The notes beneath the pieces are model-generated. The model made no database searches and was not told the DNA's origin. It was given only the letters and a program-made list of their open reading frames with translations. Shown here piece after piece: positions 27,915 through 42,153 of a DNA stretch of 64,000 nt; within the stretch, counting starts at the first letter, position 1, and the number at the start of each line of letters is the position of its first letter. This DNA is from Monocercomonoides exilis PA203 (Eukaryota; Protista; Preaxostyla): contig LSRY02000035.1 in the NCBI GenBank assembly GCA_001643675.2, positions 1,010,682-1,074,681 on the forward strand, given 5' to 3'. Position numbers and translations under genes: made by a program.

Positions 27915-28023
27915 AGCAAGAGGTCCGCACCACTACACGCACGCTCTCAACTCATCCGCCGCACTAGAGCGTGCTAGGAAAGGGGTTTTAGATCACATAT
28001 ACAGAGATAAAAGGGATTTCGAG

Positions 28024-28120
28024 ACTCATTATTGAGGAGCAAACCTGCTCCTTGCGTTTGTTGATTCGCTCCATTGCGAATTAATAAAAACGCAGTGAGA
28101 CAGGTTTGCTCCGAGATAAT
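28024..28120 (+). repeat. DIRS internal complementary region (ICR)
   Basis: The first part is complementary to the left terminus. The second part (agacaggtttgctccg) is complementary to the right terminus at 28750-28765. Confidence 0.75.
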
Positions 28121-28689
28121 AGGAATGCGGATGGAGAGACGATAGGCGGAGTGGTGCGAGGGGGAGCCAGAAATGTGTTGAGAGATGACTAGAAAAAAGG
28201 GCGATATATAGAAAGAGAGAGAGAGAGAAAGAAGAAACGCCTGAAGTGATTAGTGTACGCCGGGAGCCTGGAAAGATACAAATAGAACGAACAAACAAGT
28301 TTAATCAAAAGCTCTCTATCCAACACGATAACGATTGTTCGTTACACAGAAGAGTCAGATCGGTCCATACACTGCGCGATGATAGGGTTTGCTCTGCTGA
28401 TGCAACAGAGAAGCGGGAGGCAGAGTCCTGCTTAGACAGTTTTCTTTTCCACGCCTCGCGAAAGTGAGAGTGGCTTTTCTTTCTGCTCCAAGAACACTCG
28501 CCTCACCAAATCCATACACAGTTTGCAGGAGACAGCTCCGAGGGGCAATGTCCCCTGCCCTCTGGTCTCTGTGACCAAGGCGAAAAGGCGATGTCGGTGG
28601 TGAAGTGAAGCGGACAATTCATAATACATTTTTTATTATTGAACATGTTTTTGTCCATATTTTCATCTCGCCCTTTTTTCCACTTCATA

Positions 28690-28780
28690 TTTGTGAGTGC
28701 GAAGTTCTCACTTAAACCTCCCATAAATCGTGAACAATACTCATTACCCCGGAGCAAACCTGTCTATCTCCATTCTATAA
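28690..28780 (-). repeat. DIRS right inverted terminal repeat (diverged from the left)
   Basis: The reverse complement reads agacaggtttgctccggggtaatgagtattgttcacgatttatgggaggttt, similar to the left ITR. Confidence 0.65.
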
Positions 28781-30789
28781 ACAAAAATTTTCGAGAAAGA
28801 ATTGTTATATTCATTTATATGATCAAGAAATTGGTCATATTTATGTAATGAAAAAAAGATAATTGATGTTAATCATTGTGTTCATGAAATTTCTATATAA
28901 TAAAATATTGTTTGACATTTATGCATGAAAAAAATGAAGGAAAATGTGATAAAAGAATTTCTGTTCAATCTTCAAGTCAGTGTTTTTTTCTCTTCTTCAA
29001 ACTTGAATCGTAGTTATATCCATTTTGGGAACACTTCTGTTCAGCCTTTTCAAAACAATCACTCCACAACTCTTTCATCTTAAACATTTTCTTCTTTCTT
29101 CTTTGTTTCTTTTCTATTTTATCATTTTCAAAGCAATTAAAGGAAAAATTGTTCGTCATCTTTTTCGATTGCTTCTTCTTTATTATTCTCTAATTTTGTA
29201 TTTTTTAAAAGTTCTGCATAAAGCAGAACAGTTAGTTGCACTTTTCTGTTTTTTATTTCTTTTTTGAAATAAGGAAATACAGTTTTCTTCGCTCAAAATT
29301 TATTTTTTTCATCATTTTTTTCTTTATCATTTTCTTTTTCAATTAATATAACATCGTAATCGCTTTCTTCATCATCTGTAAAAATTAGCGGAGTTGAATA
29401 ATCAAATAAGTGTTATTAAATATGAGTGATTATTTTTGACATCATAACTTATTTCGGGTTGTTGGATTTTCAAAGGTTGTTTGTCGCTGAGTAAAGATTT
29501 TGAATATAAATGAAAAAATCGATATTTCTGTTTCAAAACAAATATTTTGTGCAGAAATAAAAAAAAAATATGGGTGATTATTTTTGAATTCATATTTTCT
29601 CGGTTAAATATTTCGATTTAAAAAGATCCATTGAATATCAACAAACGAATAATGAGAAATGAAAAGACTTATAAAAGACATCTTCATCTTTATTTGAGTT
29701 GAAACATATGTTTTTGAAAACAGTTGAAATGTATTTAGCATTTGAATATAAAATCTCTTAAAGTGATAATCAATCTTTGAAAAAACAACACCCCGAAAAA
29801 AATTATGATTTCAAAAATAATCACCCATATCTTGGTAAAACTTGTTCACTTTTCAGTGTTCGTTTACTGATACTAAATGCAAATTTTTGAACGGAAAATT
29901 AAGAATGAGAAAAATTTGAACTTTAAAAATAACTTCCAACATTTTTGTTTTAAAAAACAAATTAATGTTTTTAAAATGACTGATTTATATTATCCCCAAT
30001 CAATAAAAAAAGATTATGAAGGCTATACTCTCGTGAAGAAGTTTGTGAAAGGATGAAACAACTGATGCAACAAATCCATTCATCTGAAAGATCTACTCTG
30101 GGAAGAAAAGGAACACACAGCAACGTTGACAGGACTCCTGTGAATATGCTCTTTCAAAATTATATAACACCAAAACAATAAAAAAGATATATAGCTTTAT
30201 CTTCTTTTGTTAATATGATTCAAACACCAACTCTCAATCGAGTATTTCCAACTATTTCCTTTGAAACTGTGAAAAAAGATAAAATTAAAGAAACCAAACA
30301 AGAAGAGAACGAATCGGGCGATTCTTCTTTTGAATAGGAAGAAGACAGCGAAGAATATGAAATAAGCAGTTAGTCAGATGTTTCTGCTGAAGAAGAGGAA
30401 CGTGAAGAAAAAAACGAAGAAGAACTGAAGGCAAAGTTTGATAAACAAGAATTGGATAACACAATGAAGTTTGCGAGTGGAATTTACAAGCCAAGTTCTA
30501 TCGTGCCTTAAACAGTCGAATTTCAACTTAACAATGCTTCTGAAAAAAGAGAATACAAAAATGGTTCTTGTAACGATGAACGGTTAAAAGAAGGGAATTA
30601 AATGGAAAATGGATGGAATGCAACGAAACATAATAACATGGAACTAACATCTTCATATTTATCTTCTTCTGTATTGGCATGTGCATTTAAATTAACAGAA
30701 AAAATTCAATATTCAAGATAGCATCATGTGAAGTCAAGGATGGATTGTGTTGTTCAAAAAAAGAAAGTTCAAAACAAAAAAGGCCTTTG

Positions 30790-31900
30790 AGATTCATTCA
30801 ATTAGAACATTATCAACTGCTTGCAAACACGAATGGGTGGAACGGCTCTTGATGAAATATGCAGAAGAAGTCGATGTGAAGCCCTGACAGCTGACACCAG
30901 ATCTCGCATGCATCATTGTCCTCTTCTGCGGAAAAGAATGCATGTATCCTTTATCGTCGATTGAATACATCATTGTACCTTCCCTGAAAAGAATAAATAT
31001 TGAAAAAAGAGGAAAAAGATTAAATTGAAAAACACACCTTGCAACGCGGGAGGCTATACGATATCTTCGTTTTTCACGAAACGTAGAAATAAATGTTATT
31101 ATCAGAGAGCCAGCACTAATTATAGATGTTAAAAGAATAGATGGTTTCGAACCTTCAGCACTTGAATCCAAGGAGATGGAGGCTTCACTTCACTTTGTGG
31201 CTGTGCACACTGGGGCACCTGCTATCACTTTGGCAAACGTGCATCTATCAGACATTAAAAGAATAATTAAATCAGAAAAAACAAAGAAATTTTTATGCAC
31301 ACTTCGTTATAACCGAACCAAGGGCTCAGCAAATTGGAGGCACGAAGTGACAATTGAAGGATTGGAGGAGGAAGAAAGCGGAGACGATCCTGTTTATTGG
31401 CTGTCTGCTTATCTTAGGAAAAGATGTGGAATATTATCATCTCAATGGATTGAAAGAAAGAACTAGACAAACTTGAAGGAACTTCGACGACCAATCAGCA
31501 CAGAATCAATGCACGAAAGCTTCAAGACAAGAGTTGTTGAAGCGGGCTATCCCAGTAGTCTCTATTGCTTCCATTCCCTCCGCAACGGCTTTATTTGTTC
31601 AACGCTAATTAAATGTGGGGCAAAAGAAGAAAAGCAAAAAGAAGCATTGGAAAAAACTACACTTATAGTTGGATGGACACCTTTTTGCTTTGCCCAGGCT
31701 GGTCACATTAAGAACGTAGTGAAACTTGCGATGGTTGCATCCAGGCTTGTCAGCCACGAAGATGAAGGAGAGAATGAGCCGATCATTGATGAAACGCTTT
31801 TGGAACTGGAAACATTTCAGGGGATTTAGTTCACATTTAACACATACCAAAAAAATGTTAGTTAACAATATCAAAAAAAAAATGAATGAAGGAACAATTC
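30790..31900 (+). pseudogene. Crypton-like tyrosine recombinase pseudogene (YR copy 1)
   Basis: Fragments ECMYPLSSIEYIIVPSLK, AVHTGAPAITLANV, HEVTIEG, DPVYWL, AGYPSSLYCFHSLRNGFICS and VGWTPF. Closest to the copy at 46825. Catalytic R changed to P and Y to H; stops and frameshifts present. Confidence 0.85.
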
Positions 31901-32974
31901 TTAACCGATAAGATTGATCCATAATTGAAGTAAATATTCTATGGAAGTTGAGCAAATATTTTGGTGGATAAGAATGAGAAAATGAGACATGTTTCTGAAA
32001 ATAAGATGAAAAAGTTGGAAATTGAAAAAAAAAACGACATCGAACACATTGAAAAATTGAGAATTTATTCATGTGTAATTAATGTTGGTATAAAAGACAA
32101 ACTTCACAACGAGGCCGATGATGATTCAAAATTGGTTGATGAGTTTTGCTCTGAGACCGAGAAATACCAATTTTGTGAGTCTATCAATAAAGATTGTTAC
32201 CAAGCAGTGGAACCAATTAATTTGAAAAGATGATAAATGAGAATGGAAAAAAAAGAAAAGTTTTGTTTATTATTTATAACAACATACTGAATATTTCCGA
32301 CAAAAAATAACGGAATATGATAACTTATCATAGTCTTTGAAAAGTTCAAAAAATCAACAAATCTTAGCACATAGCTGTTTATGAATATAAATAATACATC
32401 CAGGGTCAAAAATATGAAATTCAAAGATATATTTTGTGAAGAAAAATTCATACAAAAAAACAGAAATTTTATGGCTTGATCAAATTTGTGCGCAAAAAGT
32501 TCGAAATTCAATATTAAATAATTGATATGTAAATATTTCTCATTTGAATATTCATCAAAAAATAACAATTTTTGAAACAACATGAGTAAGATTAATGACA
32601 CAAAAGATGAAATATTCATCATGATAAATATCACATGTGATAACGACTAAACGTGAAAATGGTCAATGGAGTATTTGTATATGTTTCATCCAATTTTTTT
32701 TTAAATGTGAACAATCATGAATGTTGAGAAAAATGATCACAGGAAAAGATGAAAGTGATGCAAATGTTCAAAACGCATTTCATTATTATCAGAAACAGCA
32801 TTCTGCTAAAGACATTTATGAAATTGGATCATAATCATTATTCTATTATTTTTTTATATTGGTATTCAAATTTATCAAGCAAGTTAATGAACAAATGAAG
32901 ACAGGATACCTGTTGGTTTTTTAAATTTTATTGCTTGTGCAAGTTTTTCTTCGTATTCTGAGACATATTCACAG

Positions 32975-33717
32975 AAGCTTGGAGGTGAAGAGATAATTAA
33001 GGAAATTGATGAAGCCATTTTTTTTTTGGAAAAGGAAATATCACAAGGAAAAAAAAACCTCAAATTTGGATATTTGGCAAGAATAAAAGAAATGTTGAAG
33101 GAAAGAAAATAAAATGCTTTCCGCTTCGAGTGCCAAATGGAAATAAAAGTACATTAATTCCGATCATCCAGGCTTATGTGATTAAGGGAATAATGATCTC
33201 CATTGGTGAATGGAAAGCCTGTCAGTGTTTTGAGAAGTTGCGAAATAAGCATTTGACAGTATGTCACAAATACAACTTTCGTGATCCTCTCTCTGGAATT
33301 TGCACATGTTTGATAGATGGAACTTGGAGCTTGCTCAGGAAAAGTTTCCCTAAAACTGGAGTCAAAACAAGATTTATTGATGATTTTTAAATGGTTTTTT
33401 TTGGAAAAAGAGATGAAAATTTGACAATGAATAAATTTCTTTCTCATATCTTTCAATACAAACCAACAAATGAAAAAAATGAAGAAGAATCAGAAAGTGA
33501 AACCGAGGAAGATATCACAATGGACAAAGATGATGATGAAAAAAGTGATCATAAAGAAACAAGTGATGATGATGTTCCAGTCATTGAATTTGAAGATAAC
33601 ATGGATGATGATATCGATCCTTTTGGAGCTGGAGATGGAGGTGGTGCATCATCGTTTGAGGAAGATAAACAATTTTGTTTTTTATTATTTTCATTATCTA
33701 TTTTCGAAAAGAAATAG
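32975..33717 (+). pseudogene. Merlin / IS1595(ISXO2)-like DDE transposase remnant
   Basis: EIDEA, KRKYHKG and QIWIFG fragments, then VPNGNKSTLIPIIQAYV...EWKA...HLTVCHKYNFRDPLSGICTCLIDGTWS, and an acidic tail. No TIRs found. Confidence 0.8.
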
Positions 33718-34387
33718 TAAGTTTTTTATATAATTTACTAAAATCCAATTTGAAAATTTGTTCTTTTTAATCGTCTATCTATTTTTTTAAAATCATAAAA
33801 ATATTTTTAATGTAAATTTTTTTTTGAAAAAAATGTGTTTTTATGAAAACAAAAGATTGCTCAATTTTTAGTAGCTGAATATTTTTATATATCACATTAT
33901 TAACTATTCTGCAAAAAAATCTTATAAAGAACAAAATTTGAGCGACTACTGCAAGTTATCATTTTCCAAAATTACGTATCTGTATTGAAAAGTTATTTCA
34001 AGTGTATTGAATTGATAATTAAAAAAGACAAAATAGGAAGCAAAATGTTAACAAAAGAAAATTGACAACTTGATTAATGAACTATCAGGCTAAGAAGATT
34101 TTGATAATGAAAGGAATTGTTGAGAAAGTATATCAGATGACACAGAAAATGAAGACGATTCCAGTTCCCTTTCTCAACAATATTATTTTTCCGTTGTAAT
34201 TATGAAAAATGAAAAAAACAAACGTTCAAAATCTTTTAAAGTCAAATCTTCAAAGCAAGAAAAGATGAAGAGAAAAACTGTATTGAAATAAGGAAAATAT
34301 TTGCAATTGATTAAAAAAAGATATTAATTGATGTAAGAAAAACCGAAAACAATAAATGATATTGCATCAATGGATGATGTGTTTTGA

Positions 34388-35900
34388 GTGAATGTTGATA
34401 AAAATAAATTATATGGGAAAGTGGAGACAGAAGAATATCGTCCGATTCATCAAACAGCATATCCAAGTGTCACTCCATCTCTCAACACAACAAGATATAT
34501 CTACGATTCACCAACAACATTGTCAACAGCATTAAGAACAAATAGCAGAGAATCTATTCTTCCTTACATTAACATGGGAGTTCCTTTCAAAAAAGAGTCT
34601 GAAAGGTCTCATAATTGAGTTTACAAAATGTTTTCTCAATTTTGCAACTCAATGCGTAACAATGCTTGGCCATTGGAGGTGAAACCTGCTTATGGTTTTC
34701 AAAAGTTTCTTGGAATTGTATTAAGATATTCCATGGAAACAATTAATGGATCTGTTATTCCAGCTTTTTATAAAATGTCAGAATACAAAACAAATGATAT
34801 TGTGGATGACAATGTGAGGCATATTGTTAGAAGAGCTAAAATGGAAATTTATAATGCTTTAGATGAAATGTTTGAAAAAGAAAACAACGAATCAAATAAA
34901 TATGGAGGTGTTCTTAATAGATCTCACAAAAAGGATGCATTAATTGTTGGAGATTTAGAGATTATTCTTGGATCAATGCCTGACTGGGTGGTGGAAAAAC
35001 CAAGAGAGGCTTCACCATTTATCTTTGCTCTATCAACAGGATTAAGAGCTCATGCTTGTTCATTTGTGACGTTATAAGATATTTTGAGAGTATTCGTAAA
35101 GGAAGGATTGTCATTCGTGAAAATAACGTTCAATTTGTTTTTTGGAAAAGGGACAAGAGGTAATGATCATTGCGTTACGTTTGAGGGTGATTTGTGCTTT
35201 AAATATGATTTGAACTATGCTTGGTGGTTTGATGAGAATTTGGTTCAAGAGTTTGGAATATCACTAACACAATTTGATGATTGGAATGTTGGAGAGTTGA
35301 GAAACGAAGTGTTTGGGGGTTAAGAAAAGAATCAATGAAAGTTCGAATACAAAAATAAACGAAAAAAAACTTGATATCCTGAAGATTTATTTGCTTTTCA
35401 CTCATTCAGATCCGGCTTTATCTGTTCTTCACTTTAAAAGACTGGAAATAAACCTGTTCTTAAAGAAAGTGCATTGGAGACATCATCTTATATTGGCAAT
35501 TGGAAAAAAAAACTCGAAGTGAAAAAGAGAGTGTCAGATACTCACTTCGTGGAACAGTTGTAGCAAATAGAGCCGGATTTCCTGATGCACTGATCGAATC
35601 ATCCAAACCTTTCAGTGAAGATTTATCAGATCCACAAGTTTTTCACAACTTATCATTAAATCATAGCGAATGGAAGTTCGAAGATATTTTGGACAGTTTC
35701 AATTTCTTTGTTCTGCAAGTTATCAAATTCTCTTGCAGTCAACTTAAATACCCTGGAGCAATAGTTTTCAGATTCAATAAAATGGCTTCAAAAAACTTTT
35801 TAGATAAAGTTGGAATTTAAAAAGAAAAGAACGAAACGGATATCAAGGCTTCAAGAAGAACTATTTCTCGAAAATTCAACGTAAAGGAGGAAGGAGTTGA
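34388..35900 (+). pseudogene. Crypton-like tyrosine recombinase pseudogene (YR copy 2)
   Basis: TTRYIYDSPT, PDWVVEKPREASPFIFALSTGLRA, HCVTFEG and FAFHSFRSGFIC (about 35390-35425, alternative frame). Close paralogue of the copy at 39651; stops and frameshifts present. Confidence 0.88.
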
Positions 35901-37787
35901 ACCACAAACGAAGAAATTTCATTCAACAATGAATGAATACTTATTTAACAAATCATTCTTTTCACTTCAAATTACTAACGAAAAATGAAAATTATAGTGA
36001 CATGGGGATTAAAAATAATGTTTAAGCTTTTTCATTGAAATAATACGCAATTTTTGTTGACTTTTTGTGATCAAAAAATTCGATAAAAATGAGTTCATTC
36101 ATTGCAATATATGTGAGGGCACAAAACATTATCTTGTGATATCAATGATACCTATTAATGGATATGATAATTCATTTTATTTTGATATCCGATAAAGTTT
36201 GATAAAATTATGAGAGAAGTAATTTTTCTATGCGTTGTGCAAAAAAAGCTTGAAAGTCCGTATTTTCCCCCATTTGAGAATGTTAATATTTGATGAATAT
36301 CACCTAATATAATTATATCTCGAAAAAAAATTCAGTTTCAAAATGAAATACATAGGTTTTGAAATTCATAATTTATTAAAAATATTCTATTTTTTTCGAA
36401 GATGTATTATTGAAAATTTCGATTCACATAAAAACTTATAAAACATTCCTTCTCAAAGAAAACTGTTCTTTTTTTAATGAAAGATAAAGTGAAGTATTTT
36501 TTTTTTCTATTTTTAATATCATCACTCTGACGCTGTTTGAAAATTGAAAAATATCAAGTATTTAATATTAATAACGTATTTTTTTCCTTTTTTCATTAAC
36601 CCAAAAAGTTAAAAAAAATTTTCAATCAGAATGAATGAAAATTTTTAGGAAAACGTATTGTTATTCAATTGTAGATTTTTTAAAATTTTAGTAAAAATAT
36701 GAATTGATTGAACTAAAATCAAATAATGAAAAATTTTCATTCCACAAATCAATATATTTTTGGATCTCGAAATTGGAATTATTTTTGATGTTTACTGAAA
36801 GAATAATATTGAAAAAATAAAAAGCAGAAACATTGATGAATGCACACCAATAAGGGAAAAGAATATGAAAGTCTCTAACGATTTGTATTTAAGAATGTTA
36901 AAAAATTATTTGTTTTCTTCCAACTTATTTTTATAAATTTTTTAAAATATTTAAACAAAGCAATATTAACAATATTTAACTATTAACAATTAGATATTTT
37001 TTTAAGTTTTCAATGGTGTCACTTTTCATTTATTTACGAATGAAATACATAACTATCTAGCCCACAATTAGTTATTGGTTTTTTTATTTTGATATTTTAT
37101 TAAACTTATTTTGAAGAAAGTTTCTTTGATTCTGAATCTCTTTTCTTTCAAAAACGATTAGAATTGTAATTTCCACATAATGCTATTGAATAATATGAAC
37201 AAACAAGCATTTCATTACAAAATGCAGAAAAAATTGATGTGTGCTCTTATTTATTGTTGCTTTTTATTTGATTATAAAATAAAACAAAAAATATTTTTCA
37301 GAATATGAATGATTATTTAAATGAAACTCCGAAACCACAGCAACATTTTTCTATATTTAATGAAGTTTGCAAAAATATAATTATTTAAAAAAATATTTAA
37401 TAATAGAATCATTAACATTTTTAATCAATTAACAGCAAATTCCAACACAACTGACTGCCTTTCTTAGCCCGACTTGCGGAAACGATGTCCTTATAAGCAG
37501 GAACGAGGTTTGCGAAAGGATGATGAGGATGATGAATGAGCTTCTCTCTCCAATCGCATCATCATCAATCACTCCCGTCAACGCTTTTCAGACGAACATC
37601 TCAGCTCAACACTCCTCCTTTCAATCCACTCCATCGCCTTCTCACATCCACCAGAATCATCTGCAAACATTGACAGATCCAACTCAAACTCCTTCTTTTC
37701 AAAGAACATTTCTTCCTGTGTGCAATAAAGAATCAAATGAAGAAAAAAAAAATGAAAAAAGAAAAACATTTGTACAAATTTTTTTGT

Positions 37788-37801
37788 TTAGGTTAGGGTT
37801 A
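37788..37801 (+). repeat. Short interstitial telomeric remnant TTAGGTTAGGGTTA
   Basis: Same orientation as the terminal telomere, but only 14 bp. Confidence 0.45.
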
Positions 37802-38613
37802 CGTTTTTTTTGATTAAATTTTTGATCTGACGATCCAGATCGTAGCAAAATATTGATTAACAAAATTTGCTCATTTTTTGAACCGGTATATTTGGAGTAA
37901 AATACAAATCATAGAGAGATTTATGATTTTTTAAATATCATTTTTATAATAAAGTTTGATCATAATGTATTTAAATTTTTTCAACAGAAAAGGTTTTAAT
38001 TGACTGGTTTACGTACACTTATCAATATCAGTGTTTCAGTGTTTTAAGCGGGTGTGAAGTCGTTTTTAATAAAAAACATTATTGACTATTGATTGTTTCT
38101 TTTTCTTATATGCATATGAAAATTGAAAATAAAAGCAAAGTTATTGATATCCATTAACAGTGAGCCTTTTAACATTTCAATTCAACAGAATCATCTGATT
38201 TGTATAAATTTTATAGCTGTTTGGCAGGTTCTTTTTTCAATTAAAAAGTCTATAAACAACAATGAACAATTATTTTGAACTTATGAACTTTTTCTTTGCT
38301 CTGAAAAACTGACTTGGAAGATAATTCCAATTGACTATAATAAATAACTTTATAGCGAATAATTATTTGCATGATTTCAATATTAAAATTTTCTAATTGT
38401 TCACAAAAAATATGAATATTGTGATTTGATCAAAAATATTAATAAAGAAAAGAATATTTTTTATTACTGAGCAAACAATTTGAATGCAAAGCTTTCAAGC
38501 CTATCGCATTAATACGTATGCACTTCATATTCTAATGATTTGTAAACTAATTCTGAATTGCTTCTGGATTACAGTCATAAGAATACAAAAATCGGAAGTT
38601 TGTATTTGATTTA

Positions 38614-41600
38614 ATGTTTAAAATTATAATATTAATTTTATTATCAACTTCAATAATAGAAAAAATCAGGAAAATTCAGAAAGAAACATTTTCTTCGGAA
38701 GATGACAGCAGCGACAGCGATGAAAGTGATGAAACAACATCCGATGCAATTCTTTCCCCTTCACAACCTGGTTTTTTTTCTCCTCCGCCATTCTCTCCAG
38801 TTTATTTTCATCATTCTCCTTCTCATTCTCCATCACCGCGATCATCATATTCTCACTCTTTTTCACCTCCATTTTCTCCTTCATCTTCTTCTTCAATTCC
38901 TTGTCCGAGCTCTCCATTGCATCTGGCTTCAACTACACAAGAATACGAATCTGTAATTTCGACACCAATGTTTTATTGCCCAAGGTTGGCTTATAAAAAA
39001 CAACATGATCAAGAAAAAGAAGAAGCAGCGTCCAATGAAAAAGAAATAGAGAAAAAGCCTTATTCATATTCAATTTCAAACTGGCTTCTAAATTTCATGA
39101 AAGAAGATGAAATTCCTTCTGTGGATTATTATTCAACGCTGTTAAAAAATCTTTCACCACAACCTTCATTAGATCACCTTCGAGATTATCAACATAAATC
39201 TCCATATCCGAGACCTCTTTTTATATCCCGAAAAGAAAATTTGGACAAGAAATGTTTGGAACACATGGAATCTTCAGACGATACTTGCACAAACGCGAAA
39301 CAGAATAAGGCAGAGGAAAAACAGGAATTCAATTTGAAGAAATCGCACCCATCTTCTCAAACTGCACATGAGCAGAATGAGAAGAAAAGAACAAGCAATA
39401 AAAAAAGAAAACACAGAAGAGCGAAATATTCAGAAAAGAAATCAAATTCCTCAGAAAATGGTTTGCGTTTAAATCTAAGTTAATCTCATTCTTTAACTTT
39501 TCAAAAAAAGAAAAAGATAATGTTTTCTCAGAAATCTCAGAAAATCCATTTACAGAATCGATATGCAATCAAAGAAATTCAGCTTCGGCTTCTGCATCTT
39601 GTTCGATTTCAACGAGCAACATTTGTTGTGACACTTTTGAAAGAATATTCATGGAAGAAGATGGAACCGAGTTTATTTCGAATAAAATTGAAAAGAAGAG
39701 CGAAAAAAGAGAGAAAATTCTTGAAGAAAATTTAAAGACAAAACCTGACAGTCAAAACGAAGAAAATATTTCGTTGGAAGATAATGAATGCTTTGAAGTC
39801 GACTGCAGCACAACTCAAAGGAAATCAAAGATTGATTTTATGAAAAAACTTCCTTCTCTTATAAAGTCATCTTTTGAAGATTCTCAAACTGATACAGATG
39901 ATAACACTTATGATTGCCAAACAGACATGGAAAATGCCAATTCATGCTATGAAGAGTTTTCATCTTCTCTATCAACAAAAGAAAACACAGACGATGATGA
40001 AATGAAAGATTCCGAATCAACAGAAACAAATTGTGATTTTCAATATTGTGATTGCCATCCTTCAAAAATTAGGCACAAAGATAGAAAATCTTCAATTTGG
40101 TCCGCAATGCAATCATCCAAAAGAAGAAAGGTCTCAGTTCTTGTCAATGATAAGAATTTGTCAATTATTTCTGAAAAATTGGATGAATTGGAGAAAAAGG
40201 AAAAGGCGATATCTGAAAAAGTTTCATTTGAATCAAAAGATGCATTCGCTCTTGATTTCAAAGACTTATATGGAAATATTAATGCAACAATGTTAGATAT
40301 TCTTCCAGACAATTCTTCATCACCTTCAACAAACCCTGCATTGACAACACAAAGATATGCTTATGATTCTCCTACAAAGTTTTCAGATATGTTGAGATCC
40401 TATTCAAGAGAAGAGTTACAACCATATGTGGAGAAGGGTTTACCATTCTGTGACGAAACTGTTAAAACACACAAATGGGTTTGTGGAATGTTCATTGATT
40501 ATTGCAAAATGGCAAAGAAGGAACCTTTCCCATTGAAGGCAAAACCTGTGTATGGATTTATGAAGTTGCTTGGAACTGCAGTCGGTTATTCTGTTGAAAC
40601 AATAAAGAATGGCATTCGATCATCTCTTTTCAATATATCTGAGACAAAAACTGGAAAACCTGTGAAGGATAAAGTCAGAATGAAAGTTCATCGAGCATTA
40701 ATGGAAATCAAAACATGGATCAGAAAAAGAAAGAAGAAAGGATTGCCTTTGCCAAAAATGAGAGAGGAGAATGAAAATAAATGGAAAAAACAGCCTCTCA
40801 TCGTATCAGATTTGCAACGTATTTTAGAATGCTATCCCGACTGGATAGTTGAGAAGCCCCAAGAGGCTTCCTTGTTCTTGTTTGCTCTTTCAACGGGAGC
40901 GAGAGCACAAACATGTGCTCATATAAGATTGAAGGATATCATCCGAGTTTACTCTCCTCCCAACTCAAATTTTATCAAAGTTACGTTTAATCTTGAGTGT
41001 GGGAAAGGGTGGAATGGTGACAATCACTGTGTTACGGTGGAAGGAGCAATTAACGAAAAGCATCAACTTAACGTAATATGGTGGCTGGAGCAGTATTTGG
41101 TGGAGGAGTTTGGACTCTCCCTAACCAATTTTGACAAATGGGAGCTTAAGGAGTTGGAGGAGCAATTTATCTGGCAACTTAGAAAGGGTGCAATGAGAGT
41201 TCGACTGAAAAAAAGAGCTGTCCAAGCAGGTTATCCTGATAACCTGTTTGGCTTTCATTCCTTTAGGTCGGGTTTTATTTGCTCAGCTTTGCTAAAAGCA
41301 GGGGAAAACCAGGAAAAAAGGAAACAGGTGCTTGAGGCGACAGCTTTTGTAGGTAATTGGGCCTTCATTTCAAAATCCCAGTGGGAATATGTGAAAGAGA
41401 CTGAGAAGGCTGTAATAATTGGTAATAGGCTTGGATTCCAGGATGAAGCAATTGAATCCGATGATTACTATGATATGACTTTAACAAGTCCTGCAATATA
41501 TCACAACATCAAATTAAATGAGCCAATTTGGAAGGAGGAATCAATTATACTTGCATTTGACTTTTATGTTCTCGAAATAATAAAAGCCACGTGCAGTGAG

Positions 41601-42153
41601 TTCTTTTATCCATATAATTGCGTAATCCGATTGAATCGGTTGGCTGCTTCATCGTATTTGAATAATCATAATGTTAAGTGTGAAAAGGGAAACACATTCA
41701 TGAAGCAAGCTAGAATCGATTTATTACAGAAACTGAAGAAGAATAAAAATGTTGTGGAAGCAGTACGTTTATATTTAGCAGGAATACAAGAGTATTTGAA
41801 TGGAAGCACGAAACTCAAATTTCATAGACCAAAAGAAAAAGTTCCACTTAGAGAGAATAGACCCATCAACAAGATACTTGGAACAAAAATCAAGACGCAG
41901 ATGGACAGCAGAAGAAGATCGGATACTGATGAAAAGTTTTTTGCAGTCTGGAGATTTCAAAACTGCAAGTCAGCAATTATTCGAAAGAACTGCAAACTCT
42001 TGCAGAGATAGAATACGACACATCACGAAAGATAGATCAATGAGTGACTATTCAAAATCCATGACAAAATATGAACAATTTAAGACGGATCATCCACAAT
42101 TGGGAAACTTGAACTCTGCACCTGAGAAAGAGAAAGGAGGAGAGAAGAATTGA
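38614..42153 (+). CDS. Crypton-like tyrosine recombinase with downstream Myb/SANT domain (YR copy 3)
   Basis: GT-AG intron 39461-39510 joins ORF 38614 in frame to ORF 39651. YR motifs: LSTGAR, GKG, FHSFRSG, VGNW, QWEY. The Myb domain RRRWTAEEDRIL...RTANSCRDR is in the +1 frame from about 41890. The true start is uncertain. Confidence 0.85.

Larger units (their letters stand above)
22754..28780 (+). mobile_element. DIRS1-like tyrosine-recombinase retrotransposon, decayed but structurally complete
   Basis: GC-richer island with gag-like, RT, RNase H, methyltransferase-like and YR regions. The left end 22754-22812 is complementary to 28024-28082, and 28098-28113 is complementary to 28750-28765. 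The right end is approximate. Confidence 0.9.

Noticed and set aside
22754-28082. Cut-and-paste TIR transposon defined by the 59-bp inverted repeats
   Set aside because: The content is RT/RNaseH/YR and further complementarity extends to about 28765. The right-hand match is better explained as the DIRS ICR.
22893-35900. Alternative genetic code to explain in-frame stops
   Set aside because: Stops of all three types co-occur with frameshifts and catalytic substitutions, while host genes have long standard-code ORFs. This is ordinary decay.
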